Source: Gammaproteobacteria bacterium (GTDB lineage: Bacteria > Pseudomonadota > Gammaproteobacteria > Chromatiales > Chromatiaceae). From it: a DNA stretch of 31,301 nucleotides. A program made the translations under genes and the position numbers. The stretch covers positions 1 through 31,301 of the forward strand of contig DAOUQU010000001.1 of assembly GCA_030625445.1 (NCBI GenBank), written 5' to 3'. Shown in pieces: positions 8,123 to 19,450 of this stretch; positions within the stretch are counted from its first letter, which is position 1, and each line of letters begins with the position of its first letter. Under the pieces are notes generated by a model. It saw only the letters and a list, made by a program, of their open reading frames with translations. It was not told the DNA's origin and did no database searches.

Positions 8123-9355
8123 TCAAAAATTACCCTGGAACCAGCTCTTCATGCGGCCCCATATTTCACGGAAACTTCCTCCAGCCCCATTACGCTCACG
8201 CGACGCGCCATTCTCAAGACCAAACAGCAGTAGTCCAACACCTGTTGCGTGAATCGGATTATTAATGACCTCAGCCATGCCAGTGACTAACTGCGGAATC
8301 CCCAGCCTTACCGGCATGTGGAACACCTCTTCCGCCAGGTCGATCAATCCCTCCATCTTGGAACTGCCTCCGGTCATGACAATGCCGCCTGCCAGCAGTT
8401 GATCGAAACCGCTGCGTCTCAATTCTGCCTGTATCAGCTGCAGCAACTCTTCGTAACGCGGCTCAATGACCTCAGCCAGTGTCTGGCGTGACAGAGTCCT
8501 CGATGGACGATCACCAATACTGGCAACCTTGATGGTCTCTTCCGTGGCTGCCAGTTGTGTCAAAGCACAGCCATAACGAATCTTGATATCCTCGGCATGC
8601 ACCGTTGGTGTACGCAGAGCGACCGCAATGTCATTTGTCACCTGGTCACCGGCAATGGGAATCACTGCAGTATGTCGAATTGAGCCATCAGTAAAGACTG
8701 CAATATCCGTCGTTCCGCCGCCAATATCAACCAGGCATACACCCAACTCCTTCTCATCATCCGAGAGTACGGCATAGCTTGAGGCAAGCTGTTCCAGGGT
8801 CAGGTCACACACTTCCAGGCCGCAGTGACGTACGCATTTGTCAATATTCTGTGCAGCACTAACCGCCCCGGTGACGATATGCACACGCGTTTCAAGCCGC
8901 ACTCCGGACATCCCCACAGGTTGATGGATTCCCTCCTGCTCATCGATAATGAATTCCTGCGGCAGTATATGCAGAATTTTCCGGTCGGCCGGAATCGCTA
9001 CAGCCTGTGCTGCATCAATCACCCTGTCGACATCACTCTGCGCCACCTCTCCATCCTTGATTGCCACGATACCGTGAGAGTTGAGACTCTTGATGTGGCT
9101 GCCTGCAATCCCGGCAAAAACCGAATGGATCTCGCATCCTGCCATCAGCTCCGCCTCTTCGACTGCACGTTGTATTGAATGCACCGTGGCTTTAATATCG
9201 ACGACCACACCTTTTTTCAGGCCTGTCGATGGATGCGTACCGATACTGATGACTTCGATCTCACCATCCTGCTGTATCTCACCAACAAGACAGACAATCT
9301 TGGATGTTCCTATATCCAGTCCGATAATGAGGTTATTATCCGTTTGTGAACTCAT
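8123..9355 (-). CDS. ftsA: Cell division protein FtsA
   Basis: 410 aa. GLDIGTSKI, VDIGGGTTDIA, GIVMTGGSSKM, C-terminal amphipathic WGRMKSWFQGNF. Confidence 0.99.
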   Translation of the reverse strand: MSSQTDNNLIIGLDIGTSKIVCLVGEIQQDGEIEVISIGTHPSTGLKKGVVVDIKATVHSIQRAVEEAELMAGCEIHSVFAGIAGSHIKSLNSHGIVAIKDGEVAQSDVDRVIDAAQAVAIPADRKILHILPQEFIIDEQEGIHQPVGMSGVRLETRVHIVTGAVSAAQNIDKCVRHCGLEVCDLTLEQLASSYAVLSDDEKELGVCLVDIGGGTTDIAVFTDGSIRHTAVIPIAGDQVTNDIAVALRTPTVHAEDIKIRYGCALTQLAATEETIKVASIGDRPSRTLSRQTLAEVIEPRYEELLQLIQAELRRSGFDQLLAGGIVMTGGSSKMEGLIDLAEEVFHMPVRLGIPQLVTGMAEVINNPIHATGVGLLLFGLENGASRERNGAGGSFREIWGRMKSWFQGNF

Positions 9356-10167
9356 ACCTGTGACTCTATCGACTCTATTTTTAACTCGTTTGTTTTCTCG
9401 TTTGTTTTCTCGTTTGCTTTACTGCCCTGCTGTCTCGTTCTCACTGCCACACCTCCGGAGTAACGCGCATCGATGACATCGAGTATGGCTGTCTGGCCGG
9501 AAAAGTGATCCAGCAGCAACCTGGCTCTTGCCAGGCGCTCCATGACCTTGCTGTTGCCAAGTTCGATACGCACCCCCGAGGTCAGCCATAATGTCCAGCC
9601 ACTGCGTGCATTACGACGCAATCTGGCCACAGCATCATCCCCAGGCAGCAGTTTCCTGAACTGACGGGATTGCTGCATCACATCTGCGGCAAACTGCGCC
9701 TCAGCATCGATCTGTGGCAAACTTGAGAATTGCTCCATTGCGTGCGGCGAAAATAATTCACCCTGCTCACTGATAAGTCTATTGCCTCCCCAGCGGGCAA
9801 AAGGCACATGCTCCTCGATTTTAATCACCAGCACATCCGGCCAAACTCTGCGCACAGTGACTGCGGAGACCCATTGCAACTCTTTAAGAGCTGATTGTAT
9901 CTGGCTGACATCCAGCAAAAAAAATCCGCCGCTCATTGCCCGCGAAATAATGCTCTCCAGCTCACTGCGCTCAACATGCTCAAAACTTCCATCCAGCACC
10001 ACGGATTTCACCGGCATCAGTGACGGATCCTGCATTTTTTGATGAATCCAGTAGGCTGCAACCACGATGACAGCCACCAGCAATAGAGCGCCGCCTGAAC
10101 GCATCCACAGCACATCACCACGGGTAACACCCTGCTTTTTATTATTTGTTTTTTTCTTTGCAGTCAT
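9352..10167 (-). CDS. ftsQ: Cell division protein FtsQ
   Basis: 271 aa from an ATG overlapping the ddl stop. Basic N-terminus, one TM, POTRA-like WVSAVTVRRVWPDVLVIKIEE, and IDARY. Confidence 0.95.
   Translation of the reverse strand: MTAKKKTNNKKQGVTRGDVLWMRSGGALLLVAVIVVAAYWIHQKMQDPSLMPVKSVVLDGSFEHVERSELESIISRAMSGGFFLLDVSQIQSALKELQWVSAVTVRRVWPDVLVIKIEEHVPFARWGGNRLISEQGELFSPHAMEQFSSLPQIDAEAQFAADVMQQSRQFRKLLPGDDAVARLRRNARSGWTLWLTSGVRIELGNSKVMERLARARLLLDHFSGQTAILDVIDARYSGGVAVRTRQQGSKANEKTNEKTNELKIESIESQV
9385..9420. repeat. 3 x 12-bp tandem repeat in the ftsQ 3' end
   Basis: ctcgtttgtttt twice plus ctcgtttgcttt, encoding KANE-KTNE-KTNE. An adjacent 2 x 9-bp repeat (9362-9379) gives IES-IES. Confidence 0.85.
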
Positions 10168-11090
10168 CAGGCATGCTCCAGAGTCTGCTGCAAAATTTTC
10201 CACACCAGCTCATCAAAACTGATGCCCTGCGCCTTTGCCGCCATCGGCACCAGGCTGTGATCAGTCATCCCCGGCACGGTATTGATCTCAATCAGCCACA
10301 TCCCGCCGGCTTCATCGATCATCATATCGACGCGCCCCCAGCCATTCGCTCCTACTGCATCAAATGCCTCCAGTGCAACAGCCTGTGCACGCTCCTCCCC
10401 GATGGAATCGAGGCCGGAAGGGATGTGATACCCGGTCTCATCCGATTGATACTTGGCCTCATAATCATAAAATTCATTGGGCGTCTGCAGACGAATCACG
10501 GGCAGCGCATCAGCTCCCAAAATGGCGACTGTATATTCACTTCCAGTGATCCACCGCTCTGCAATCACAATTGGGTCATACTCACGTGCCACCTGCCATG
10601 CCTGATCAAGTTCAGCTTCAGTAGTGACACGCGACATACCGATACTGGAACCTTCATTCGCCGGCTTAATCATCAAAGGAAAGCCCAGAGCAGCAGCCAG
10701 CTTCAGATCAGAGGGATTGCGCAGCAATTGATAGTCAGGCGTCGGCAGACCAACACCTCCCCACATCAGCTTGGTGCGGTATTTATCCATCGCAATTGCG
10801 GAACCCATCACCCCGCTGCCGGTATAGGGGATGCCCAGCGTTTGCAGCGCCCCCTGAATCTGTCCGTCTTCACCGCCCCTGCCGTGCAGCACGATAAAGG
10901 CGCGCTCATAGTTGTGTTGATAGAGATCCACAATATCCTGCGGTGCAGTGATATCCACGGCATGGGCATCGACGCCCCGGCGAAGCAGCCCGTCGAGAAC
11001 GGCTCGACCACTGTTCAGCGATACTTCGCGCTCGGCGGATGTTCCGCCCATCAGCACGGCCACCTTTCCAAACTTCTGCGCATCCCTCAT
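10167..11090 (-). CDS. ddlB: D-alanine--D-alanine ligase
   Basis: 307 aa. GGTSAEREVSL, LHGRGGEDG, KPANEGSSIG, YDYEAKY, EINTVPGMT. Confidence 0.98.
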   Translation of the reverse strand: MRDAQKFGKVAVLMGGTSAEREVSLNSGRAVLDGLLRRGVDAHAVDITAPQDIVDLYQHNYERAFIVLHGRGGEDGQIQGALQTLGIPYTGSGVMGSAIAMDKYRTKLMWGGVGLPTPDYQLLRNPSDLKLAAALGFPLMIKPANEGSSIGMSRVTTEAELDQAWQVAREYDPIVIAERWITGSEYTVAILGADALPVIRLQTPNEFYDYEAKYQSDETGYHIPSGLDSIGEERAQAVALEAFDAVGANGWGRVDMMIDEAGGMWLIEINTVPGMTDHSLVPMAAKAQGISFDELVWKILQQTLEHA

Positions 11091-11965
11091 GCCGCCTCCC
11101 CTACAATATGCACTTCGGCTTGCAGGGAGATACTGCTTTGCCGGAATACCTGCTGCTGCACATACCCCATCAACTGCTCAATATCAGTTGCCGTGGCATC
11201 ACCACGATTGATAATGAAATTTGCATGTTTTTCAGAGACACAGGCGCCTCCGATGCAGTAGCCTTTGAGGCCTGCAGCCTCAATCAGACGCGCCGCGTAA
11301 TCACCCTCAGGATTACGGAATGTCGATCCGCAACTGGGCTGGGTCGTTGGCTGCGTCTGGCTGCGATGCTCCAGCAATTGTCGAATTTTCTGCTGTGCTT
11401 TATTCACATCGCCACGCTGCAGGCGAAACCAGCCACGCAGAAAAAATTCACCGGCAGGTCCGCTTACCTCACGGTAGTGCACCTCAAACTCCTCCGGCAT
11501 ACGCGTTCTGATAACGCCGTAACGATCGATGGTTTCGACCTTGATAACATTTTCCCAGGTCTCGCCACCAAATGCGCCTGCATTCATGGCCAGGGCACCG
11601 CCGATGGTGCCGGGTATACCGGCAAAAAACTCAAGGCCGCAGTAACCCTGTTTAGCGCTCTCTCGTGCCGCCTTTGCGCAACTCACACCAGCTTGCGCAG
11701 AGAGCATGTCATCAATGATTTCAATCTCCTGAAAGCGCCCCTTTGTAAGAATCACACTCCCGTCAAAACCACCGTCACGCACCAGCAGGTTGCTTCCCAG
11801 TCCGACCCAGATCAGCTCTTCATCATCAGCAAGCTGCTGTAGAAATTGCTGCAGATCAGCTGTGTCTGCCGGTCGAAACAACTGTTTCACGCCCCCTCCT
11901 GTGCGCCAGCTGCAGTGAGGCCCCATCGGCTCCTGCTGCAGCAATTCTCCACGCAACTGCAGCAT
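11087..11965 (-). CDS. murB: UDP-N-acetylmuramate dehydrogenase (short type)
   Basis: 292 aa. GLGSNLLVRDGG, IPGTIGGALAMNAGA, SCGSTFRNP, SEKHANFIIN. Confidence 0.97.
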   Translation of the reverse strand: MLQLRGELLQQEPMGPHCSWRTGGGVKQLFRPADTADLQQFLQQLADDEELIWVGLGSNLLVRDGGFDGSVILTKGRFQEIEIIDDMLSAQAGVSCAKAARESAKQGYCGLEFFAGIPGTIGGALAMNAGAFGGETWENVIKVETIDRYGVIRTRMPEEFEVHYREVSGPAGEFFLRGWFRLQRGDVNKAQQKIRQLLEHRSQTQPTTQPSCGSTFRNPEGDYAARLIEAAGLKGYCIGGACVSEKHANFIINRGDATATDIEQLMGYVQQQVFRQSSISLQAEVHIVGEAA

Positions 11966-13398
11966 CAGGAGACTCCCAGAAGCTGAGGCAGCTTCGCAGC
12001 GACCTGTCCGATGCTGCCGGCACCCATCATCAACACCACGTCATCCGGCTTCAGCACGGCAGCCAGTGTCTGCGGCAGCTCATCAAGCTGCTCAACAAAA
12101 ATCGGGTTAATCTGCCCGCGGGTGCGGATGGCGGCAGCCAGTGCACGCCCGTCTGCACCACTGATCGGCGACTCTCCGGCGGCATAGACCTCGTTCAACA
12201 GCAGCACATCCACACTCGACAAAACCGCTGTGAAATCTTCAAACTGCTCCTGGGTGCGGCTATAACGATGCGGCTGATACGCCAGTATCAAACGACGCTG
12301 CGGCCAGCCTGCCCTGACAGCATCAATTGTTGCAGCCACTTCACGCGGATGATGGCCATAATCATCGACCAGCATGACCCTGCCATCCTTCCACTCAAAA
12401 TCCTGACTCTGGAAACGCCGGCCAATTCCTGCAAAATTTTTCAGCGCACGCTGAATAGCGGAGTTATCCACACCCAATTCACGCGCAACTGCAACTGCCG
12501 CTACTGCATTTAATACATTGTGCTTACCCGGCATATTGAGATTGATATCGATGACTTCATCATCGACACACTGCACCTGGAATGTGGTGCGCAAACCCTG
12601 CTGTTCAATATTGAGAACACGAACATCGGCATCCTGCGACCGGCCATAGGTGATCACGCGACGCGTCACCCTGGGAATCAGGCCACGCACTTCGGGATCA
12701 TCGATGCACATCACCGCCAATCCGTAGAAAGGCAGATGATGCAGAAATTCGATGAATGTCTGGCGCAGCCGCTCGAAATCCCCACCATAGGTTTCCATAT
12801 GGTCATGATCGACATTCGTGATCACAGAGATCATCGGCTGCAGATAGAGAAACGAGGCGTCGCTCTCGTCAGCCTCTGCAACCAGGTAATCACTCGCGCC
12901 AAGCTGCGCATTGGCTCCGGCAGAATTCAACAGCCCGCCAATAACAAACGTCGGATCCAGCCCCCCTTCCGCAAGCAGGCAGGTCACCAGACTGGTGGTG
13001 GTGGTTTTTCCATGGGTTCCAGCTACCGCGATGCCATAACGAAAACGCATCAACTCGGCCAGCATCTCGGCGCGCGGCACCACCGGAATCCGTTTTTCCC
13101 TGGCATAAACCACTTCCGGGTTGTCATCACGGATCGCCGTGGAGACAACCACTGCATCGCAGCCTTCAACCTGTTCCGCCTCATGACCCTGATAGATGGT
13201 GGCGCCCATACTGCGCAACTGCCGCACGGCTGCATTGTCAGAGAGATCCGAGCCGGAGACATGGTAACCGAGATTGATCATAACCTGCGCGATGCCATTC
13301 ATGCCTGATCCGCCGATTCCGACAAAGTAGAGGTGTGATACGCGCATGCGCATCGCCTCCATGGCACGACTCTCCGGCATGATGCCCTGCGTCGTCAT
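11965..13398 (-). CDS. murC: UDP-N-acetylmuramate--L-alanine ligase
   Basis: 477 aa. [37 protein letters not shown]. Confidence 0.98.
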   Translation of the reverse strand: MTTQGIMPESRAMEAMRMRVSHLYFVGIGGSGMNGIAQVMINLGYHVSGSDLSDNAAVRQLRSMGATIYQGHEAEQVEGCDAVVVSTAIRDDNPEVVYAREKRIPVVPRAEMLAELMRFRYGIAVAGTHGKTTTTSLVTCLLAEGGLDPTFVIGGLLNSAGANAQLGASDYLVAEADESDASFLYLQPMISVITNVDHDHMETYGGDFERLRQTFIEFLHHLPFYGLAVMCIDDPEVRGLIPRVTRRVITYGRSQDADVRVLNIEQQGLRTTFQVQCVDDEVIDINLNMPGKHNVLNAVAAVAVARELGVDNSAIQRALKNFAGIGRRFQSQDFEWKDGRVMLVDDYGHHPREVAATIDAVRAGWPQRRLILAYQPHRYSRTQEQFEDFTAVLSSVDVLLLNEVYAAGESPISGADGRALAAAIRTRGQINPIFVEQLDELPQTLAAVLKPDDVVLMMGAGSIGQVAAKLPQLLGVS

Positions 13399-14465
13399 CG
13401 TATCATCACCCTTTCACAAATATCGCCAACCTGTGAAGTCGCATCGCTCCTTGCAAGCAGACGTGCTTTCTGCGCCATATGCAGCAGTCTGTCACGGTCA
13501 AAATTACGAATTTTCTGGGCCAGCACCGCAGCACTCATATCACGCTGCTGCAGAATCACTGCGGCCCCCTTGTCAGCAAGATAACGCGCATTGAGTGTCT
13601 GATGATCATCCACTGCATAAGGATAGGGAACCAGTATCGAAGCAACGCCTGCCGCTGCAAGCTCGGAAACGGTAAGAGCACCGCTGCGGCAAATCATCAA
13701 ATCAGCCCAGCTATAGGCCTCAGCCATATCATCAATAAATTCAACAACCCATGACTTCACCCCGGCATCTTCATAGGCTTGCAGGGTTTGCTGCTCTTTA
13801 TTGCGGCCCGATTGATGCCCGATGGCGGGACGCTGTGCTTCATCGATGAGCGCCAACGCTTCCGGCACCACCTCATTGAGCGTTGCGGCACCAAGAGACC
13901 CTCCAACAACCAGCACCTGTACCGGCCCGTTGTGTTGTGACATGCGTTCTGCGGGAGGCGCCAGTGCAGCTATCTCTGCACGCACCGGATTCCCTGTCGT
14001 TGTCACTTTTTTCGACGCCCTGAAGGTTCCCGGAAATGCTTCACAAACCGCCGTGGCAAATTTAGAGAGCAGCTTGTTGGTGACTCCGGCAATCGCATTC
14101 TGTTCATGAATCACCAGCGGCGTCCCCGTGAGACGTGCAGCCACGCCACCCGGACCGGAGGCGAAGCCCCCCATGCCAATAACCAGCGCCGGTTTTCTGT
14201 GACGCATCACTGCCAGCGCCTGCAGCAGTGATTGTGTCAATAGAAAGGGGGCTGTCAACATGCGCTTGACGCCATTACCTCGCAGCCCCTTGATATTGAC
14301 CACATCAAACTCGATTTGATGCTGTGGAACCAGGCGTGCTTCAAAACTGTCCGGAGTTCCCAGCCAGCTGACCGAGTAGCCTCTTGAGATCATCTCTTTC
14401 GCAGTCGCCAGCGCAGGATAGACATGCCCTCCGGTCCCGCCTGCCATGATGATAATGTGTTTCAT
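13395..14465 (-). CDS. murG: Undecaprenyldiphospho-muramoylpentapeptide GlcNAc transferase
   Basis: 356 aa. [41 protein letters not shown]. Confidence 0.98.
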   Translation of the reverse strand: MKHIIIMAGGTGGHVYPALATAKEMISRGYSVSWLGTPDSFEARLVPQHQIEFDVVNIKGLRGNGVKRMLTAPFLLTQSLLQALAVMRHRKPALVIGMGGFASGPGGVAARLTGTPLVIHEQNAIAGVTNKLLSKFATAVCEAFPGTFRASKKVTTTGNPVRAEIAALAPPAERMSQHNGPVQVLVVGGSLGAATLNEVVPEALALIDEAQRPAIGHQSGRNKEQQTLQAYEDAGVKSWVVEFIDDMAEAYSWADLMICRSGALTVSELAAAGVASILVPYPYAVDDHQTLNARYLADKGAAVILQQRDMSAAVLAQKIRNFDRDRLLHMAQKARLLARSDATSQVGDICERVMIR

Positions 14466-15616
14466 TTCTTGCTCCGTTTGCCTTGTTTTGGCACAACTTC
14501 AAGATGGATGCGCTGCAACATCGCAATCACCACACAGGCAACGATAATGCTGTTGCCTCCATAGCTCATCAGCGGCAAAGTCAATCCCTTGGTGGGAAGC
14601 AGACCAAGATTGACGCCAATATTGATAAACGCCTGAAAGCCCAGCCACAATCCACAACCGTAGGCGATATAGAGTGCAAAGCGCTTGCTCTGCTTCTCTG
14701 CCAGAGCGCCAATGCGGAATGCCCTCCAGCTGATAAAAGCAAACAGCAGAATAATCGACACCGTACCAAGCAGACCAAACTCCTCACCGATCACTGCCAT
14801 CAGAAAATCGTTGTGGGCTTCCGGTAGGTAGAAAAGCTTTTGCACCCCTTCACCGAGCCCGACGCCACTCCACTCACCACGTCCAAATGCGATCAATGCA
14901 TTGGAGAGCTGATAACCGCTGTTAAGCGGGTCGGCAAAGGGATCCATAAAAGAGGTGACGCGCTTCATGCGATAGGGCTCTATGATCACCAGTGCCCCCA
15001 GCGACACGACTGCAACTGCAAACAGAACCAGATATTGACGTATCGGCACCCCGCCGAGAAACAGCATGCCAAAAGCAGTGAACAGCAGCACCACTGTAGT
15101 TCCCATATCAGGTTCCAGCATGATCAATGCCGAGGCAAGCAGAACCGGCAGCAATGGTTTGATAAAGCCCCACACACTTGTCGTGACCTCCAGATGCTTA
15201 CGATTCAGATAACCCGCCAGATAGAGCATCACGAACAACTTCATAAACTCGGAACTCTGCAGATTAAAACCACCGAGAGAGATCCAGCGTTGTGCGCCAT
15301 TGACACTGCGTCCTATCCCGGGGATCAACACCAGCACCAGCAGCACCAAACCGAAGATATAGAGCAACGGGCCCCATCGTTCCCAGCGATCAATGGGGAT
15401 ACGCATGACAATCGCACCAGCCACTAAGCCCAGCAGAACGGCGAACAGATGTCGGCTGACGAAAAAATAGGGAGCAGCAGCGTAGCGATGGATGGTAGCC
15501 GATCCCACCATCACCACTCCAAACAGCAGCAGTGTCAGGGCTGCGGCAAGTAGTGGATAATCGAGTTGCGGCATCTCCCATATTTTCCCCTCTCTCTGCT
15601 GCATGATCGCTTCCAT
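14462..15616 (-). CDS. ftsW: Peptidoglycan glycosyltransferase FtsW (SEDS)
   Basis: 384 aa, polytopic. GAQRWI, QSSEFMK, EPDMG, LPEAHNDF, LPTKGLTLPLMSYGG. Confidence 0.98.
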   Translation of the reverse strand: MEAIMQQREGKIWEMPQLDYPLLAAALTLLLFGVVMVGSATIHRYAAAPYFFVSRHLFAVLLGLVAGAIVMRIPIDRWERWGPLLYIFGLVLLVLVLIPGIGRSVNGAQRWISLGGFNLQSSEFMKLFVMLYLAGYLNRKHLEVTTSVWGFIKPLLPVLLASALIMLEPDMGTTVVLLFTAFGMLFLGGVPIRQYLVLFAVAVVSLGALVIIEPYRMKRVTSFMDPFADPLNSGYQLSNALIAFGRGEWSGVGLGEGVQKLFYLPEAHNDFLMAVIGEEFGLLGTVSIILLFAFISWRAFRIGALAEKQSKRFALYIAYGCGLWLGFQAFINIGVNLGLLPTKGLTLPLMSYGGNSIIVACVVIAMLQRIHLEVVPKQGKRSKK

Positions 15617-16986
15617 CAGCCAAGCCTCCCGACTGCCTGCATGAAAGCTTCACCGCGCTGCATATAATTTTCATACATATCAAAACTGGCGCATGCCGGG
15701 GACAACAACACCCTGTCGCCCGGACGGGCGAGACCCGCCGCAAGCCTGACTGCATCATTCATGTCGACAGCATTGACAACCGGCACCGCCCCTCCAACCG
15801 CTTTGTCGATGTGTGGCGCATCACGCCCGATCAGCACCAGGGCGCGCACATAAGCGGGCAACAGGGCCGCAAGCCGGGAAAAATCAGCCCCCTTGCAATC
15901 ACCTCCCGCAATCAGGATGGAGCGGCTCTCATCCGCCAGATCCACTCCTTCCAGCGCAGCGATAGTTGCGCCGGGATTTGTCCCTTTGGAGTCGTTGTAC
16001 CAGCGCACATGATCGATTTCAGCAACGAACCATGTACGGTGGGCAAGCCCGCGAAAACTTCTGATGGCCAGCAGCATGGCATCCATAGGCAGGCCAACGG
16101 CTTCACCAAGCGCCAGCGCAGCCAGCGCATTTGCCTGGTTGTGTTTTCCGGAAGCAGGGATTGCAGAAGTTTCCAGCAGAAGCTGCTCTCCTCTGCACAA
16201 CCACTGCACACCATCGGCATCGCAAATGCCATATTGATCCTGTCGTGGAGCCTGCATGCAAAAGCTGATGGAGTGTGCATTTTCAGCCAGCTGCATCGCA
16301 GCAGAGTCATCCAGATTGACGACCGCAGTTTCGGCATTGCGGTATATCACCGCTTTTGCCTGCATATACTCTTCATAAGAGTCATAACGATCCATATGAT
16401 CGGCACTGAGATTCAGAATCACGGCTGCTTTGGCCCGCAAGCTGCGAATCGTCTCAAGCTGAAAGCTGGAGAGTTCCAGGATATAGAGTTCATTTGCCTC
16501 ATCCAGAAGTTCCAGCACCGGCGTACCAAGATTTCCTCCAACACCGGCGCGGAGACCTGCAATTTTGGCCATCTCTCCCAGTAGCGTCGTCACCGTACTC
16601 TTGCCGTTGGAGCCGGTAATCGCTACGACTGGCACGTTGACCTGGCGCAAAAACAGCTCGACATCGCCAATCACCTCGATGCCCCGTGAGATAGCCTGCT
16701 GAATCTGCGGCTCTTTCAGGGAGACACCGGGGCTCACGATCAGACGCTCTGCAGCCTCGAAAACATCTGCTTCAAAGGCACCTGTAAAGAGCGCCACATC
16801 CGGAAATTCATCGCGCAGCTGCTGCAAACACGGTGGATGATCGCGACTATCGATGACAGCCAGACGGATATCCCTGCCAGCCAGAAAACGCACGCAGGAG
16901 AGCCCGGTAGATCCCAGACCCACTATCAGGGTCATGGGAGCTGCCATCTGCTCCATAGTCTCGTTACGCTTGATTGCTGTGCTCAT
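15616..16986 (-). CDS. murD: UDP-N-acetylmuramoyl-L-alanine--D-glutamate ligase
   Basis: GLGSTG, ITGSNGKSTVT, ELSSFQL, DHMDRY, NDSKGTN, SPACASFD. Start uncertain (16986, 16956 or 16947). Confidence 0.97.
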   Translation of the reverse strand: MSTAIKRNETMEQMAAPMTLIVGLGSTGLSCVRFLAGRDIRLAVIDSRDHPPCLQQLRDEFPDVALFTGAFEADVFEAAERLIVSPGVSLKEPQIQQAISRGIEVIGDVELFLRQVNVPVVAITGSNGKSTVTTLLGEMAKIAGLRAGVGGNLGTPVLELLDEANELYILELSSFQLETIRSLRAKAAVILNLSADHMDRYDSYEEYMQAKAVIYRNAETAVVNLDDSAAMQLAENAHSISFCMQAPRQDQYGICDADGVQWLCRGEQLLLETSAIPASGKHNQANALAALALGEAVGLPMDAMLLAIRSFRGLAHRTWFVAEIDHVRWYNDSKGTNPGATIAALEGVDLADESRSILIAGGDCKGADFSRLAALLPAYVRALVLIGRDAPHIDKAVGGAVPVVNAVDMNDAVRLAAGLARPGDRVLLSPACASFDMYENYMQRGEAFMQAVGRLG

Positions 16987-17003
16987 TCTCTTGATCAAAA
17001 CCG

Positions 17004-18083
17004 TTATCGAAGTTTCAATGTCGCAAGCCCGATCAACACCAGGATAAAACTGATAATCCAGAACCTGACGATGACGCGCGGCTCCGGCCACCCTTTGAGT
17101 TCATAGTGATGATGCAGCGGCGCCATGCGAAATACGCGCTTGCCGGTCATTTTGAAAGAGGCGACCTGAATGATGACCGACAACGTCTCGATCACAAAAA
17201 TCCCGCCCATGATCATCAGCACCAGCTCCTGACGCACTGCCACGGCGACCACACCAAGCGCCGCACCAATTGCAAGTGCTCCAATATCTCCCATGAAGAC
17301 CATCGCCGGATGGGTGTTGAACCACAGGAAACCGATACCGGCGCCGAGCAGTGCCGCACAAAAAATTGCGACTTCACCCACTCCCGATAGATAGGGAATT
17401 TGCAAATACTCTGCGAACTTGACGTGCCCGGAGAGATAGGCAAAAATCATCATCCCTCCGGCAACCAGAATTGTCGGCACAATCGCCAGGCCATCCAGAC
17501 CATCGGTCAGATTGACCGCATTGGAGGTGCCGACAATGACAAAGTAGGCAAGCACCACATAGAAGATCCCAAGGTTCAATGCCACATCCTTGAAAAAGGG
17601 CAGGATCAACTGTGTCTCCTGAGGCTCGGTGGCCGTCAGGTAGAGCGCCATGGCTGCTGCGAAGCCAAACAGCGACTGCCACAGATATTTATAGCGGGAA
17701 GCGAGGCCTTTGGGGTCCTGTTTGACCAGCTTCTTGTAATCATCCACCAGTCCAACACCGCCAAACGCCAGCGTGGTGAGCAATACGATCCACACATAAC
17801 GATTCCCCAAATCCGCCCACAGCAGGGTGCTGATGCTGACAGCAACCAGAATCAGCGCACCGCCCATAGTCGGCGTTCCCGCCTTGGCAAAGTGGGTTTT
17901 GGGCCCGTCATCACGCACCGGCTGCCCCTTGTAGGTGGCAAGCTTGCGAATCATCGCCGGACCGATCACAAAAGAGACCACCAATGCTGTCAACACGCTG
18001 AGAATGATGCGCAGTGTCTGATATTGAAAGACGCTGAAACCGCTCTCGAATTGGGCCAGATAGTCAGCCAGATAGATCAGCAT
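17004..18083 (-). CDS. mraY: Phospho-N-acetylmuramoyl-pentapeptide transferase
   Basis: 359 aa. [34 protein letters not shown]. Confidence 0.99.
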   Translation of the reverse strand: MLIYLADYLAQFESGFSVFQYQTLRIILSVLTALVVSFVIGPAMIRKLATYKGQPVRDDGPKTHFAKAGTPTMGGALILVAVSISTLLWADLGNRYVWIVLLTTLAFGGVGLVDDYKKLVKQDPKGLASRYKYLWQSLFGFAAAMALYLTATEPQETQLILPFFKDVALNLGIFYVVLAYFVIVGTSNAVNLTDGLDGLAIVPTILVAGGMMIFAYLSGHVKFAEYLQIPYLSGVGEVAIFCAALLGAGIGFLWFNTHPAMVFMGDIGALAIGAALGVVAVAVRQELVLMIMGGIFVIETLSVIIQVASFKMTGKRVFRMAPLHHHYELKGWPEPRVIVRFWIISFILVLIGLATLKLR

Positions 18084-19450
18084 CCGATATCCTCATTCGC
18101 TGTCAATGCCTCAACAATCCGCTCCATACGAGCGGCGCGTGAACCTTTGACCAGTACGATATGCTGGTCATCCAGTTGTGACTGCAGGGCATTATTCAAT
18201 TCATCGATGTCATTAAAGGCAAAGCCATCGTCGCCAAAAGCGGCAGCAGCAGCAGCGCTCATCGGACCAAGGGTGTAAAGTCTATCGATGCCGCGCTCCG
18301 CCGCCACTCTTCCCAGATCAGCATGAATGGCTTTAACATCGCCTCCCAACTCGGCCAGGTCGCCAAGCACCAGCACCCTGTGTGCCGAAAAACTTCCAAG
18401 CACCGCTATCGCTGCTGTCACTGAATCCGGATTGGCATTATAGGTATCATCAATAATGCGTACTCCCGAAGCGCTGCGGCATGGAAAAAGCCGGCCCGGC
18501 ACAGGCCTGATTGATTTAAGACCGTCATGAATCAGTGTATGATCAATTTTCAGTGCAACACACACCGCCACAGCAGCAAGCGCATTCAGCCGGTTGTGTT
18601 CTCCCGCCAGCGGCAGTTGCACCGGGAAACGCTGTGTGCCGGTATGCACATCAAACTGCTGTTCAAAGCCACTCTCGTTCCATTGCGCTGTCGACGAGTT
18701 TTTTTCAAGATGCACATCACAGGCCTCTGTCTGGCCGAATGTGATGACCTGATGATCACCAGCCAGCTCGCGCCACAGCGGCAGCCATTGACTCTCTCCG
18801 TTGCACACAAAAATGCCATCGGAAGAGAGACCATCAACAATCTCACCCTTGGAACGGGCCACTCCTTGCAGGGAGCCGAAGCCTTCGAGATGGGCTCGCC
18901 CGGCATTATTCAGCAACGCAACATCGGGAGAGGCGGCAACACTGAGTTGATGAATCTCCCCTGCATGATTTGCACCCATCTCGATCACCGCAAACTCCTG
19001 ATCTTGAATCCTGGTCAGGGTCAGTGGCACACCAATCTCATTATTCAGGTTGCCGATGGTTGCGAGCACGCTGCCCCGCAGGGATAAAATCGCAGCAAGC
19101 ATCTCCTTGACGGTTGTTTTTCCATTGCTGCCGGTCAATGCAATGACGACTGCGTCCGACTTGCTGCGCCACGCACCGGCCAGTTGCAGCAAGGCAAGGC
19201 GCACATCAGCAACGATGATCTGCGGGATCTCACTCTCTACCTCTCTGTCAACCAATGCGGCAACCGCCCCCTGCCGGGCTGCCGTTTCCACATAGTCATG
19301 GCCGTCAAAATGCTCGCCCGGAATTGCTACAAACAGCGCCTCTCCATCGAGAGTGCGGCTGTCTGTACTCACGGCATTAAAATGCACGTCACCATTGACA
19401 GCCCCTCCCTGCAGGATTTTTGCCGCTTCGCTGACGGAGAAGTCGATCAT
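18077..19450 (-). CDS. murF: UDP-N-acetylmuramoyl-tripeptide--D-Ala-D-Ala ligase
   Basis: 457 aa. [37 protein letters not shown]. Confidence 0.98.
   Translation of the reverse strand: MIDFSVSEAAKILQGGAVNGDVHFNAVSTDSRTLDGEALFVAIPGEHFDGHDYVETAARQGAVAALVDREVESEIPQIIVADVRLALLQLAGAWRSKSDAVVIALTGSNGKTTVKEMLAAILSLRGSVLATIGNLNNEIGVPLTLTRIQDQEFAVIEMGANHAGEIHQLSVAASPDVALLNNAGRAHLEGFGSLQGVARSKGEIVDGLSSDGIFVCNGESQWLPLWRELAGDHQVITFGQTEACDVHLEKNSSTAQWNESGFEQQFDVHTGTQRFPVQLPLAGEHNRLNALAAVAVCVALKIDHTLIHDGLKSIRPVPGRLFPCRSASGVRIIDDTYNANPDSVTAAIAVLGSFSAHRVLVLGDLAELGGDVKAIHADLGRVAAERGIDRLYTLGPMSAAAAAAFGDDGFAFNDIDELNNALQSQLDDQHIVLVKGSRAARMERIVEALTANEDIGC

Noticed and set aside
12464-12472. Perfect DnaA box TTATCCACA
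   Set aside because: It is a single copy inside the murC coding sequence and is expected by chance.
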